A DNA stretch of 54,473 nt from Gemmatimonadota bacterium. GTDB lineage: Bacteria > Gemmatimonadota > Gemmatimonadetes > Gemmatimonadales > GWC2-71-9. The notes under the pieces were generated by a model. That model had not been told where the DNA came from and did no database searches. It saw only the letters and a program-made list of their open reading frames with translations. The position numbers and the translations under genes were made by a program. Each line of letters begins with the position of its first letter. Position 1 is the first letter of the stretch. The DNA lies in contig JBDHAB010000017.1 of assembly GCA_039588295.1 (NCBI GenBank), positions 1 to 54,473 of the forward strand, in the 5' to 3' direction. Below, piece after piece: positions 27,499-38,574 of this stretch.

Positions 27499-29298
27499 TT
27501 ACGGGGCTACTGCCCAGCCTGGGTTCTGCACGAGCCGATCGACCAAATTCCCGGATTCGTCCGCCACCTTGCTGAGCTCGATCTGAAGGCTGGGAATCGG
27601 ATAGAGCAGGTGTTTCGATGCGAACGCCTGCGCCCCCGAGGTGGCGCTCCCCCGCCCCGCCGCAGCCGTCTCCGTGCCGAGGAAGTTGTTCAACACCGTC
27701 TCGGCAATGCCCCAGCGGCGGAGGTCGAAGAACCGCTTGCCCTCCATGGCCAACTCGAGCCGGCGCTCGGCTTGGACGGCCGCCCGGGCGGCCGCCGGGT
27801 CCGTCCACGGGGTCGTATACTGACCGACTTGGTAATTCGCCCAGGTGATCGACGGGTCGTCGATGGGCACGGCGAGCGGACCGCCGACCGGACCCTGCGC
27901 TGCAACGGCCGCGCGCGTCCGGATCTGGTTTACAATCGCCCGCGCGTTCTCGAGGTCGCCTGCCTCGACTTCGGCTTCGGCGAGTAGCAACAACAGGTCG
28001 GCATAGCGGTAGATGTGGATGTTCATCGAACTCAACTGCGTGTTCACCCACCCGACGTTGCTGACGGCACCGCTCCCCGACTCGTACGCTGTCTTCTTCG
28101 GGCTATACGGTCCAGCGTGGGCGACGTCCCGGATCCAGCCCGCCTGATGGACCTCCCAGTCCTTGTAGGGGACGTCGTCCCGGCCGACCGTCCAGTCGAC
28201 ACGTGGGTCAAACGCCACGGCACCTGAAGCGGCTGCGTCCCACTCGGTATCCACGTTGTTCCACCCGGCGGGGTCGGACAGGGCCAGCGGGAGTCCGTTG
28301 GCGTCGACGCGGAAGTAGTTGACCAGATTCTGCGTCGGTTGGTGGAAGCCGCAGCATCCGAACGGGCCGCCGTTCGGGAAGTTCAGGCGCTCACCATAGT
28401 TCGCGTTGTTGCCGTCAGGGGCGCCGTCGTTGGCGGATGCCTGGTACGCGAGGATGGTCTCCAGGCCGTTGGAGAACGCCGGGAAGCCCGTCCACACCTT
28501 GCTGAAGTCGGACTCCAGCGCGTACACGCCGTTCGTCGTGAAGGGACGCAGCGTGGTCAGGGCTCCCGCGTAGTCTCCTGCATAGACCTGGACCATCCCC
28601 TTGTAGGCCAGTGCGGTATTGCTCGTCACGCGCCCGACATCGCCGTAGCGCTGCGTGGCCGGCAACAGCCCGGCAGCCTCGTCGAGATCGCTGATGAGGC
28701 TCCCGGCGACATCCACTCCCTCGTTCGACTTGCGGGTGTCCGTGTCCAGCTCCGTGTAGTAGGCGATGTTCTCCCACATTTTCCAGAGCTCGAAGTGGTA
28801 GTGGGCCCGCAGGACCAACGCCTCGCCGCGGATGCCTTCCCGGTCGGCGTCCGAGATCTCGTCCGGGTCGGCGTCGACCACCTTGTTCAGCAGCGTGATG
28901 ACCGCGTTGGCACGAACGACACCGTCGTAGAGTGCCTGCCACCTGCCGTTGAGGTAATCATCAGCCTCACCAGTGGACCAGTTGTAGTTCTGGATATCCT
29001 GGGCCCCGAGCTGGTCGCCTGCGGTCGATCCCTTGTGGGCATCGTCGCTGGGTATGCTGCCAAACGCCCAGTTGCTCGCGCTGTGCGACCATTCGAATCC
29101 CGAAGCGCCGTTCCAATCCAAACCCCGGTAGGCAGCGAGGAGGAGTCCCTCCACGCCATCCTGGTTTGCCAGTGTTCCCTCATCCAGGGCTCCCTGCGGA
29201 GGGGCATCCAGGAATTCATCGCACGCATAGGTCGCGCCGCATACGAAGATCAGGACAGCCGTCTTCGATAGCAGCCTGGACCATCGTAGAACTTTCAT
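27499..29298 (-). CDS. susD: SusD/RagB nutrient-binding outer-membrane lipoprotein
   Basis: Lipobox TYAC; GEALVLRAHYHF, RYADLLLLLAEA, ERRLELAMEGKRFFDLRRW, YPIP and QNPGW motifs. Confidence 0.95.
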   Translation of the reverse strand: MKVLRWSRLLSKTAVLIFVCGATYACDEFLDAPPQGALDEGTLANQDGVEGLLLAAYRGLDWNGASGFEWSHSASNWAFGSIPSDDAHKGSTAGDQLGAQDIQNYNWSTGEADDYLNGRWQALYDGVVRANAVITLLNKVVDADPDEISDADREGIRGEALVLRAHYHFELWKMWENIAYYTELDTDTRKSNEGVDVAGSLISDLDEAAGLLPATQRYGDVGRVTSNTALAYKGMVQVYAGDYAGALTTLRPFTTNGVYALESDFSKVWTGFPAFSNGLETILAYQASANDGAPDGNNANYGERLNFPNGGPFGCCGFHQPTQNLVNYFRVDANGLPLALSDPAGWNNVDTEWDAAASGAVAFDPRVDWTVGRDDVPYKDWEVHQAGWIRDVAHAGPYSPKKTAYESGSGAVSNVGWVNTQLSSMNIHIYRYADLLLLLAEAEVEAGDLENARAIVNQIRTRAAVAAQGPVGGPLAVPIDDPSITWANYQVGQYTTPWTDPAAARAAVQAERRLELAMEGKRFFDLRRWGIAETVLNNFLGTETAAAGRGSATSGAQAFASKHLLYPIPSLQIELSKVADESGNLVDRLVQNPGWAVAP

Positions 29299-29333
29299 AG
29301 TCTTCAGTCCTCTCTATGCTAAGAGACGGTCTC

Positions 29334-32300
29334 CTAGAAGGTTGTGCTGATACCGAAGGACAGGACGCGGTTGCTCGGGTACGCACCGCGGTCGACGCCC
29401 CGATACTGGTCTCTGATGTCGCCGCTGGCCCCGCCGATGTCGGCTGCCGGCAACGCCGGGTCGAGCCCCGAGTAGCCCGTGATCGTGAACAGGTTCTCCC
29501 CTTGGACGTAGACCCGGGTGCCCGGAATCCAGGACGGGGGGAGGGTGTAACCGACCTGCAGTGTACGCAGGCGAATGTACGAGCCGTCTTCGACGTAGAA
29601 GCTGCTGAGTTGCCCGCTGAAGACGTCATTCTGGTCCAGCTGCGGGTACTTGGCGTTCGTGTTGTCCGCGCCCGACTCCCACGAGTCCGTCAACCGGTCC
29701 TTGCGCACGTTGGTCTCGAACAACCGGAAGACGTAGAACTCCTTCTGCACGTCGAAGATATCGTTGCCGAAGGTGCCGAAGAACGTGGCCGCGAAGTCCC
29801 ACGAGCCGATATTGAGACCGAGATCCAAACCGGCGGTGAAGTCGGGATGCGGGCTACCGATGATCACCCGGTCTTCCGCGTTGATCAGTCCATCTGCCTG
29901 ATCCGGAACACCGTCGTTGTCCGTGTCGATCGTCGGCTGGTCAGCGAACCGGATCCGGCCGGGCGCGGCGCCGTCCTGCGACGCGTGCGCGGCAACAGCG
30001 GCATCGTCCTCGAAGAACCCGTCCCACTCGAGGCCGTAGAACGCCCCGATCGGATCACCGACCCGGTTGATGATCTGATTGCCGAACCGGGTGTCGATGG
30101 GTCCGAAGAAGAAAGTCGACACACCGTCGATCCGGATGACCTCGTTCCTGTAGTGCGCACCATTCAGGGCCACGCGCCAGGTCCCCGTGTTACCCACCGT
30201 GCCCCGGAAGCCGAGGGAGATGTCCACACCGCGGTTCCGCATCTCGCCGACGTTGAGAAACGGGGGATCCTGTGGGCCGGCGGTCGCCGGCTGCTCCGGA
30301 GAGAACAGCAGGTTGTCCGTGTTCCGCTGGTAGGCATCGATGACGAGGCTGACGTTGCCGCGGAAGAACTCGACGTCCAACCCGAGGTTGATCGACCTGT
30401 TCTCCTCCCACTGGAGCGAGTCGTTCCCCAACGATGTCCCGCGGAATCCCGGCTGGACCTGGTTGCCGGTTCCGCCGATGTCGTAGAACGTCTCTTGCAC
30501 GTCACCGCCCAGCTGGGTCACCGTCCGGCCCGACGGAATGCTCTGGTTCCCGGTGACGCCGTAGCCGAAGCGGAGCATGACGTTCGTGAAGAACGTGTTG
30601 TCCTGCATGAACGGCTCCTGCGACAGCCGCCAACCGACGCTGAATGCGGGGAAGGTGCCCCACCGGGAGTCCGGCCCGAGGCGTGACGAGCCGTCCCGGC
30701 GCACCGTCGCGCTCAGGTAGTACCGCTCGGCGAAGTTGTAGTCGACCTTCCCGAAGAAAGACAGCAGCGAGGACTTGCCACCCACACTGAAAACGTTCTT
30801 GGTGGCCGCGTCCCCGATCGCGTCCTGAATGTATCGGGCGTCAAGGTCCGTCGTGATCAGGCCGTTGAACGAGCCTTGAGCAAACCGGTTCTGGTTCTTG
30901 CTTGCCTCCTGGCCCACGAGGAGCGAGACGGCATGCACATCGCTGAGTCGCGTCGAGTAGTTGAACACGTTGCTCCACGTCCAGTCCCGGAAATCTTGGT
31001 ACCACTCCGTGAAGCCGTTGTTGAATGTTGGCTCTCTGTCTTCCGGCTGGATGGGATCGAAGTTGACAAACGCCTGGTCGAGCAGGCTGAACCCGAATCG
31101 CGAGGTGAAGGAGAAGTCGTCCGTGAAGTCGAAGCCGGCAAACACGTTCCCGAAGATCCTGAGGTTCGTAATGCCATCGTCCTTGTCGGCCCAGGCCATC
31201 CTGAGTGGGTTCGACCCGACCCCGAGCGTGATGGCCTTCCCCGACGCGAAGTTCTCACCGGAGGCGTCGTAAATCGGAACCACGGGCTGCATAAGGATGT
31301 TCTTGCCCATGATGTTGTCCTCGGCGAAACCGCCCGGGTCGCCCAGGCCGCCGTGGGATGCTTCGAAGGCGAGCGCCACGTTCTCCCCGATCCTGAACTT
31401 GCCGATCTGGAACTGGGTGTTGACCCGTGCGCTGCCGCGCTGATACCGGTTGAAAGCGGCCGTGCCTTCCTGGTCGAAATAGTTGACGGAGACGTTGTAC
31501 CCGAGGCCCTGCGAGCTACCGCGGACCCCCAGGTTCACGTCGGCCGCGTACCCTGTGCCGAACACGACATCCCACCAGTTCGTGCCGGTGCTGGCGGGCA
31601 TGATCTGCCGGTTTTGCTGGGTGATGTCACCAAACAGGTAGTCGTCCTCCGTTAATCCGAACTGCGACAGGTCGTTCGTTTGACCCAGGCCGTTGTTCGG
31701 CCAGATGTAGGCCGGTACCGACGGGTCATTCGGATCACCGTAGATGTTCTGTGGAACCGCCAGGCCCGCATTCACGTGGGCGCGCCGTATGACTTCGTGG
31801 TATTCCAGCGCGTCGGTGATCATGAAAGCGTCGTAGCCGCGCACCGGCTGGGCCATACCGAACTTGGCGTCCAGCCTGAACACCGGCTCCGGGGACGAGC
31901 CCCGCTTCCTCGTCTCGATGATGACGACACCGTTCGTGGCTCGCGATCCGTAGATGGACGCTGCCGACGCGTCCTTCAGCACCTGGATCGACTCGACGTC
32001 GTTGGGGTTGAGCCAGTTGAGGAACGATTCCTCGAGCGGTGTGCCATCGATGATGTACAGCGGGTCATTGTTTTGAAACGAACTGATCCCGCGAATGCGG
32101 ACCGTCGACCGGCCACCCGGGTTGCCGCTGTTGTCCACGGTGACGCCGGACACGCGGGCATCGAGCCGCTGCAGCACACCGGCCGACGACTCGTTGAGCA
32201 TACTCTCCATGTCGACGCTTGCGACGGCGCCGGTGATGTCGGCCCGCCGTTGTTCGGCGTAGCCTGTGACGACGACCTCATCTAGCACCGCAATGGCTCG

Positions 32301-32636
32301 CTCCAGGGTGACATCGAGGGTTGTACGCCCGGCAATGTCCAGCCCAAGCGCGCGAAACCCGATGCGAGCAAAAATCAACACGCCATCTGCAGGAGCCGTT
32401 ACAGCGTATCTCCCATCCGCATCGGTCGTCGTACGGATATCGGTCCCCTGTACTCGTACGAGCACTCCGTCGAGAGGACTACCGTCGACAGAGGTCACGA
32501 ATCCGGAAACGCCTATCTGCTGGCCAAGCGCAGTGCCGCACAAAACCAGTGCGGCCATCACACTCATCCCCACTCCGCGGAAGAAGTGCAGACGGCTTGT
32601 CCGGAATGGGTGCTTTCGCTGTAGCATTTCTTGCAT
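29334..32636 (-). CDS. susC: SusC/RagA TonB-dependent transporter
   Basis: N-terminal carboxypeptidase-regulatory-like domain; LDEVVVTGY; plug VLKDASAASIYGSRATNGVVIIET; RRDGSSR, WEE, YP and C-terminal Phe; directly upstream of susD. Confidence 0.96.
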   Translation of the reverse strand: MQEMLQRKHPFRTSRLHFFRGVGMSVMAALVLCGTALGQQIGVSGFVTSVDGSPLDGVLVRVQGTDIRTTTDADGRYAVTAPADGVLIFARIGFRALGLDIAGRTTLDVTLERAIAVLDEVVVTGYAEQRRADITGAVASVDMESMLNESSAGVLQRLDARVSGVTVDNSGNPGGRSTVRIRGISSFQNNDPLYIIDGTPLEESFLNWLNPNDVESIQVLKDASAASIYGSRATNGVVIIETRKRGSSPEPVFRLDAKFGMAQPVRGYDAFMITDALEYHEVIRRAHVNAGLAVPQNIYGDPNDPSVPAYIWPNNGLGQTNDLSQFGLTEDDYLFGDITQQNRQIMPASTGTNWWDVVFGTGYAADVNLGVRGSSQGLGYNVSVNYFDQEGTAAFNRYQRGSARVNTQFQIGKFRIGENVALAFEASHGGLGDPGGFAEDNIMGKNILMQPVVPIYDASGENFASGKAITLGVGSNPLRMAWADKDDGITNLRIFGNVFAGFDFTDDFSFTSRFGFSLLDQAFVNFDPIQPEDREPTFNNGFTEWYQDFRDWTWSNVFNYSTRLSDVHAVSLLVGQEASKNQNRFAQGSFNGLITTDLDARYIQDAIGDAATKNVFSVGGKSSLLSFFGKVDYNFAERYYLSATVRRDGSSRLGPDSRWGTFPAFSVGWRLSQEPFMQDNTFFTNVMLRFGYGVTGNQSIPSGRTVTQLGGDVQETFYDIGGTGNQVQPGFRGTSLGNDSLQWEENRSINLGLDVEFFRGNVSLVIDAYQRNTDNLLFSPEQPATAGPQDPPFLNVGEMRNRGVDISLGFRGTVGNTGTWRVALNGAHYRNEVIRIDGVSTFFFGPIDTRFGNQIINRVGDPIGAFYGLEWDGFFEDDAAVAAHASQDGAAPGRIRFADQPTIDTDNDGVPDQADGLINAEDRVIIGSPHPDFTAGLDLGLNIGSWDFAATFFGTFGNDIFDVQKEFYVFRLFETNVRKDRLTDSWESGADNTNAKYPQLDQNDVFSGQLSSFYVEDGSYIRLRTLQVGYTLPPSWIPGTRVYVQGENLFTITGYSGLDPALPAADIGGASGDIRDQYRGVDRGAYPSNRVLSFGISTTF

Positions 32637-33216
32637 GGCAAACGCCTCCCTTTATCCTGCCGGTCTCTCGATGGCCTTCAGGCCTTCCTTAGCGATCAGC
32701 TCGCGATACATCACGAGCTATGCGGCTCGCGCCTCGGGGGCCTCGGTGAGCCTCGTTGCTACCCGCGGATCCAACACTACCTGATCTATCATATTTATTC
32801 GGTTGTCGGAAAGTCGGTAATCGGTGAGATCAAATTCAAAGCGCAATTGTCGTCGGGCGGCGGGACCGGGTGCCACCAAACGGGAATTCCTAATGGGAAA
32901 ATCCAAGTATGTAATACGCCATTGTACCACTGCTGACAAGAGCCGTAGCAATGCCGAAATGACAGTAATATGGTCCCGTATATGTAGCATAATGAAACGT
33001 CGGCTGTCCCAAGAGATTCGAGCGCACGCACGTTCGCGCGCCGTCGGCCCCGATCTTCGGCGTATGGCCACCCCCGCCACGCCGGGAGAGCTGACCGAGG
33101 AGACCCGGAGTGCACGCGTGTGCCAGGTCATTGTTGTCGGTGAACTGGTGCCGGGTCGCGAACCTGGCGCTGCCAGGGACCACGAGGCACCTTCGACAAA
33201 CACCCCGGAGCTGCTC

Positions 33217-33813
33217 ATGCGTAGACGTGATGTGATCCGAGCCCTCACTGCGGGGCTCGCGCTCCCGACAATCGACGCGCTCACCCCGGACACCATGTGG
33301 GCCTCGGCGCGGGCGATCCACCACCGTATTCGCCGCATTCAGCAGGATCAGGAGTTGTTGGTCCTCACGGAGCACCAAAATGCCATGGTGAGCGCGCTCG
33401 CCGAGTTGATCATTCCCGAGACCGACACACCCGGCGCGACGGCCGCGCGGGTCAACCGCTTCGTGGACGTGATGCTGGCAGAGTGGTTCGACGAGGATGC
33501 GCGAGAGGCGTTCCTGCGGGGCCTGGTGGCCCTCGATGCCCGGAGCGTGAACACGTTTGGCACACCGTTTCTCGGGCTGGACGAGGCACAACAAACCGTG
33601 TTGCTCCACGGACTCGACGCCGAGTTGGCCGCGCTGCGGCAGGCGGGCTTGCCGACGGGCGATCATTTCTTCCAGCGCATGAAGTGGCTCACGCTGTTCG
33701 GCTACTACACCTCGGAGGTGGGGGCAACCCAGGAACTGGAACAGGTGATCGTTCCCGGTCGCTACGACCCCTGTGGGCCGGTGAGGCGGGAGGCATCGGG
33801 GCAATGGGAATGA
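33217..33813 (+). CDS. Gluconate 2-dehydrogenase subunit 3 family protein (Tat-exported partner of the GMC flavoprotein)
   Basis: RRRDVIR Tat motif; IIPETDTPGA, FF..MK.LTLFGYYTSEVG and PGRYDPC motifs. Confidence 0.92.
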   Translation: MRRRDVIRALTAGLALPTIDALTPDTMWASARAIHHRIRRIQQDQELLVLTEHQNAMVSALAELIIPETDTPGATAARVNRFVDVMLAEWFDEDAREAFLRGLVALDARSVNTFGTPFLGLDEAQQTVLLHGLDAELAALRQAGLPTGDHFFQRMKWLTLFGYYTSEVGATQELEQVIVPGRYDPCGPVRREASGQWE

Positions 33814-35495
33814 AACAGGCAGCGTACGACGCGATCGTGGTGGGCTCCGGGATATCGGGGGGCTGGGCCGCCAAGGAACTGACGGAAGCCGGTCTCGAGA
33901 CCCTCGTACTCGAGGCGGGCCGGGCCATCGATCCGGCGACCGACTATGTCGAGCACGAGCCCGCCTGGAGTTTCCGGTACCGCGGCCTCGGCGATCGCAA
34001 ATCCCTGGCTCGGCGACAACCGGTGCAACGCACCTGCTACGCGTGCGATGAAGCCGCCAGCAAGTTCTTCGTTGATGACATCGACCACCCGTATTCCGTG
34101 CCGGATGACAAGCCCTTCCTGTGGATTCGCGGGAGGCAGGTGGGCGGGAGATCGATCACGTGGGCTCGCCAGTCCTATCGACTGAGCGACCTCGACTTCG
34201 AAGCCAACGCACGGGACGGCCACGGCGTCGACTGGCCGATTCGGTACGACGACATCGCACCGTGGTACGATCACGTCGAGCGGTTCGTCGGCGTGAGCGG
34301 AGAAGCGATCGGCCTGGCCCAGCTTCCCGACGGCCAGTTCCTGCCGCCGATGCCCATGAACTGCGCCGAGCAGTTCGTCCGAGAGGGGATTCAGCGTGCG
34401 TTCGGGCGGGAACGCGTGATGACTATCGGCCGAGCGGCGGTACTGACCGTGAACCACAACGGCCGCGCCGTGTGCCACTACTGCGGGCCCTGCCATCGCG
34501 GCTGTATCACGCGCTCCTACTTCAGCTCGCTTACCGCCACCCTGCCGGCTGCCGCGGCAACGGCGCGTCTGACGCTCCGACCCGACAGCGTGGTCGCGGA
34601 GATTCTCTACGACGCGGACAACGACCGAGCCCGGGGTGTGCGGGTGATCGACGCCGTCACGCATGAGGAGATGGAATTCGCCGGCCGCGTCGTCTTCGTC
34701 TGCGCGTCCGCCCTCGAGTCAACGCGAATCCTGTTGAATTCCCAATCACCGCGATTTCCCACCGGACTCGGGAACTCGAGCGGTGAGCTGGGGCGTAACC
34801 TGATGGACCACACGATGGGCGGAGGCGCGAGCGGCATGGTACCCGGTTTCGCCGACCGTGACGCCTTCGGCCGTCGGCCCAACGGCATCTACATTCCCCG
34901 CTTCCGTAACGTGAGGACCCCACATCCGGATTTCGTGCGCGGCTACGGATTCCAGGGCGGTGCGGGACGCCGCGGGTGGACGCGAGGCATGTCCATGCCC
35001 GGATTCGGCGCTGACTTCAAGCACGCCCTGCGTGAGCCGGGACCCTGGCGCATGAGGCTCGGCGGATTCGGGGAATGCCTGTCGCGCCGCTCCAACTACG
35101 TCGAAATCGATTCAGACAAGAAGGACAAATGGGGTGTCCCCACGCTCCGCATCCACTGTGAGTGGAGCGACAACGAACGGGCGATGTTGCAGGACATGTC
35201 GGTCACGGCAGCCGAGATGCTCGAAGCCGCCGGTGTCCAAGATGTCGAGCCGTCCGTCGAGGAGAATCCACCCGGCCTCACGATTCACGAGATGGGCACC
35301 GCGCGGATGGGCCGCGACCCACAGACGTCGGTCTTGAACGGCTACGGCCAGTGTCACGACGTGCCGAACGTGTTTGTGACCGACGGCGCTGCGATGGCCT
35401 CCTCGGGGAACCAAAACCCTTCGCTCACGTACATGGCGCTCACCGCTCGCGCCTGTGCCTATGCCGTCAACCAAATGAAACGCCGCGAGCTTTGA
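33810..35495 (+). CDS. GMC family FAD oxidoreductase (glycoside 3-dehydrogenase-like)
   Basis: YDAIVVGSGISGGWAAKEL, VGGRSITW, DWPIRY, C..CGPC..GC, HEMGTARMG and NPSLTYMA motifs; ATGA overlap (ATG 33804 is an alternative start). Confidence 0.94.
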   Translation: MKQAAYDAIVVGSGISGGWAAKELTEAGLETLVLEAGRAIDPATDYVEHEPAWSFRYRGLGDRKSLARRQPVQRTCYACDEAASKFFVDDIDHPYSVPDDKPFLWIRGRQVGGRSITWARQSYRLSDLDFEANARDGHGVDWPIRYDDIAPWYDHVERFVGVSGEAIGLAQLPDGQFLPPMPMNCAEQFVREGIQRAFGRERVMTIGRAAVLTVNHNGRAVCHYCGPCHRGCITRSYFSSLTATLPAAAATARLTLRPDSVVAEILYDADNDRARGVRVIDAVTHEEMEFAGRVVFVCASALESTRILLNSQSPRFPTGLGNSSGELGRNLMDHTMGGGASGMVPGFADRDAFGRRPNGIYIPRFRNVRTPHPDFVRGYGFQGGAGRRGWTRGMSMPGFGADFKHALREPGPWRMRLGGFGECLSRRSNYVEIDSDKKDKWGVPTLRIHCEWSDNERAMLQDMSVTAAEMLEAAGVQDVEPSVEENPPGLTIHEMGTARMGRDPQTSVLNGYGQCHDVPNVFVTDGAAMASSGNQNPSLTYMALTARACAYAVNQMKRREL

Positions 35496-35496
35496 A

Positions 35497-36338
35497 ATGA
35501 CCTGTCGAAGAGAGTTTCTGAAGACCATCGGTGCCGCGGGCCTGGCTGGCGCAGGCCTCACTGCAACGGGATGCGGCACGGTGTCAGCCGCCCGGCGGTT
35601 GGATCGGATCGGGATCCAGCTCTACACGGTCAGGTCCAGTATGCAAGACAGTGTGGAGCGCACGCTCGAGCGAGTGGCGCAGATCGGGTATCAAGAAGTG
35701 GAATTCGCGGGATACTTCGACCGGTCCCCACAGCAGATTCGCCGCGTCCTGGACGACACGGGGCTCAGAGCGCCTGCCACACACACGCCGCTCGAGACGC
35801 TGGAGAACGAGTGGGAGGCCATGGTCGACCTCGCCGCTGCTACCGGTCACCAGTATCTCGTCGTCCCCTGGATCGCTCCCGCCAATCGCTCCGGCCTCGA
35901 TGACTACCGACGCATGGCCGACCGCTTCAATCGCGTGGGTGAGCGAGCCAAGGCGGCCGGGCTTACGTTCGGCTATCACAATCACGACTTCGAGTTCGAG
36001 CCGCTGGAAGGCCGTGTGCCGTGGGACGTCCTCATCGAGGAAACGGATCCCGCACTGGTCAAACTGGAGTTAGACCTCTACTGGATCACCAAGGCCGGCG
36101 GAGATCCGTTCACGTACTTCCGGGACCACGGTGGGCGGTTCCCGTTGGTGCATGTCAAGGACATGGCCGCCGACGGCTCCATGGTGGATGTTGGTGCCGG
36201 CACCATCGACTTCGCCGCCCTGTTCGCCCATAGCGATCAGGCGGGAATCCAACACTACTTCGTCGAACACGACAACCCGAGGGACCCGTTCGGGAGCCTC
36301 GCAGCCAGTTACGGCCACCTGCACAATCTCGAGTTCTG

Positions 36339-36339
<1 letters not shown>
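35497..36339 (+). CDS. Sugar-phosphate isomerase/epimerase TIM-barrel (IolE/xylose-isomerase-like), Tat signal
   Basis: RREFLK Tat motif; GIQLYTVR, YHNHDFEF, ELDLYW, HVKD and VEHD motifs. Confidence 0.92.
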
Positions 36340-37208
<869 letters not shown>

Positions 37209-37239
37209 GCGTGCGCTACGGTCATCAGTGGTGAGACGC

Positions 37240-37267
37240 CAGCTATCGACTAACAGCTAACAGCTGA
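37240..37267. repeat. Short heptamer tandem repeat
   Basis: CAGCTAT-CGACTAA-CAGCTAA-CAGCTGA. Confidence 0.5.
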
Positions 37268-37397
37268 TCACCGTCGGCGTTTGCTGTCCTCCAACACCTC
37301 GATGTCGGCCGGCTCACTCGTCGAGCAGCGCGGCAGTCGTTCGGCGTTCGGCGCTGACACCAACACCGCCGCGAACGCTTCCACGGTCTGATACCGA

Positions 37398-38492
37398 TCA
37401 GCCCTCCCAGGACACCTGCCGACATTTCACCAGAATCTCGCGCTTGGTCTTCCCCGGGTCGTTGATGATCTCGTAGAACTCATCGAAATACTCGAGCGTG
37501 CGCTCGAGGCGGCGCTCCTCCAACCCTTCCTGCCCGCGCCACATGTCGTAGATCGCTGCCCGGCGGTCGTTGAAGAGACTGAAGACCGGCACGAACTCCT
37601 CGGGTGGCCGGCAGATGCCCCAGTACCGTCGGTCCCGCACGCGACGCACACCGACTTTTGGATCCGGTTTGGCATACGGTGCGGAAATCACGCCGGACCA
37701 GTCGAAGTCATAGGGGACCGGAATCACCGGTCCGATCATCGTGCCGATCAGCTTGACATTGTGACAACAGCTCCTGCTGGCCGCGGCCTGGAAGGGACTC
37801 CAATCTGTATTGCCGATCAGGAATTGAAAGACCTCGAACAGCAGCAGGCTGGGAGGGTCCTGCTGATTCGGAGAGATGGAGGGAACCTCGAGCACTTCCC
37901 AGCCGTGTCGGGCGGCCAGCATATCGAACGGCTCGAGGATGAACATGTATTTGGTCAGCGAGTCGCGTTTGCCGTCGGTATCGATGTACGTCGCGCGAGT
38001 AAGCCGCACGCGGACACTCTTGTCAGTCAGCTGATTGAACGTGCGGTAGATCAGATATTCCTGCAGCGTGAATTGCTCGTATTCGGACTTCTTGTCCTGA
38101 CAGTGGGCGACGATCGAGACCCGGTTTTGACCGGCAAACACCGTGTTCTCGACCTGCCGCCGACGGAAATTGACGTGGAGATTCGGGAAGCCGCAGGTTC
38201 GCCTCCGAAGCCGAAAATAGCCGCGGGTCCTGGCCCGCATGTCGAGCACGACCGAATCCCCACCTTCGTCGACGTAGGACAGCGTGCCGGGATGGTACTC
38301 ACTCTCCTGGTCCCGGTCCTTGAAGATCGTGTTGAACGGGGCCTCGATCCTCAACTCGAGCACGTCGTGTGACGCGAACAACGGAGCCGTTTCCGCCACG
38401 CGCCGCAGCGAGTCGACCGCCGCATCGTCCTGCGCCTCAAGCCCAGACGCGGCCAGCGACATGACCGCCAACACGGTACGCAAGCGTTTCAT
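37398..38492 (-). CDS. Secreted hypothetical protein with CotH/atypical kinase-like motifs
   Basis: Signal peptide (LEA-Q); RG.FR, EYLIYR, IGNTDWS, HNVKL and PYDFD motifs; GAGGAAG RBS. Confidence 0.75.
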   Translation of the reverse strand: MKRLRTVLAVMSLAASGLEAQDDAAVDSLRRVAETAPLFASHDVLELRIEAPFNTIFKDRDQESEYHPGTLSYVDEGGDSVVLDMRARTRGYFRLRRRTCGFPNLHVNFRRRQVENTVFAGQNRVSIVAHCQDKKSEYEQFTLQEYLIYRTFNQLTDKSVRVRLTRATYIDTDGKRDSLTKYMFILEPFDMLAARHGWEVLEVPSISPNQQDPPSLLLFEVFQFLIGNTDWSPFQAAASRSCCHNVKLIGTMIGPVIPVPYDFDWSGVISAPYAKPDPKVGVRRVRDRRYWGICRPPEEFVPVFSLFNDRRAAIYDMWRGQEGLEERRLERTLEYFDEFYEIINDPGKTKREILVKCRQVSWEG

Positions 38493-38574
38493 GCTTCCTC
38501 CTCGGCAAATCTGCGAACCGTCTCCTTCCGCGGCGTTGGACGCTAGAACCGGGTCCAACACCGAGTGGCCCGAA

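Noticed and set aside
32824..33216. N-terminal extensions in the ORF track (also 33297-33803, 12639-12896, 2883-3077, 14753-14965, 23056-23151)
   Set aside because: Homology, signal peptides and RBS positions point to downstream starts.
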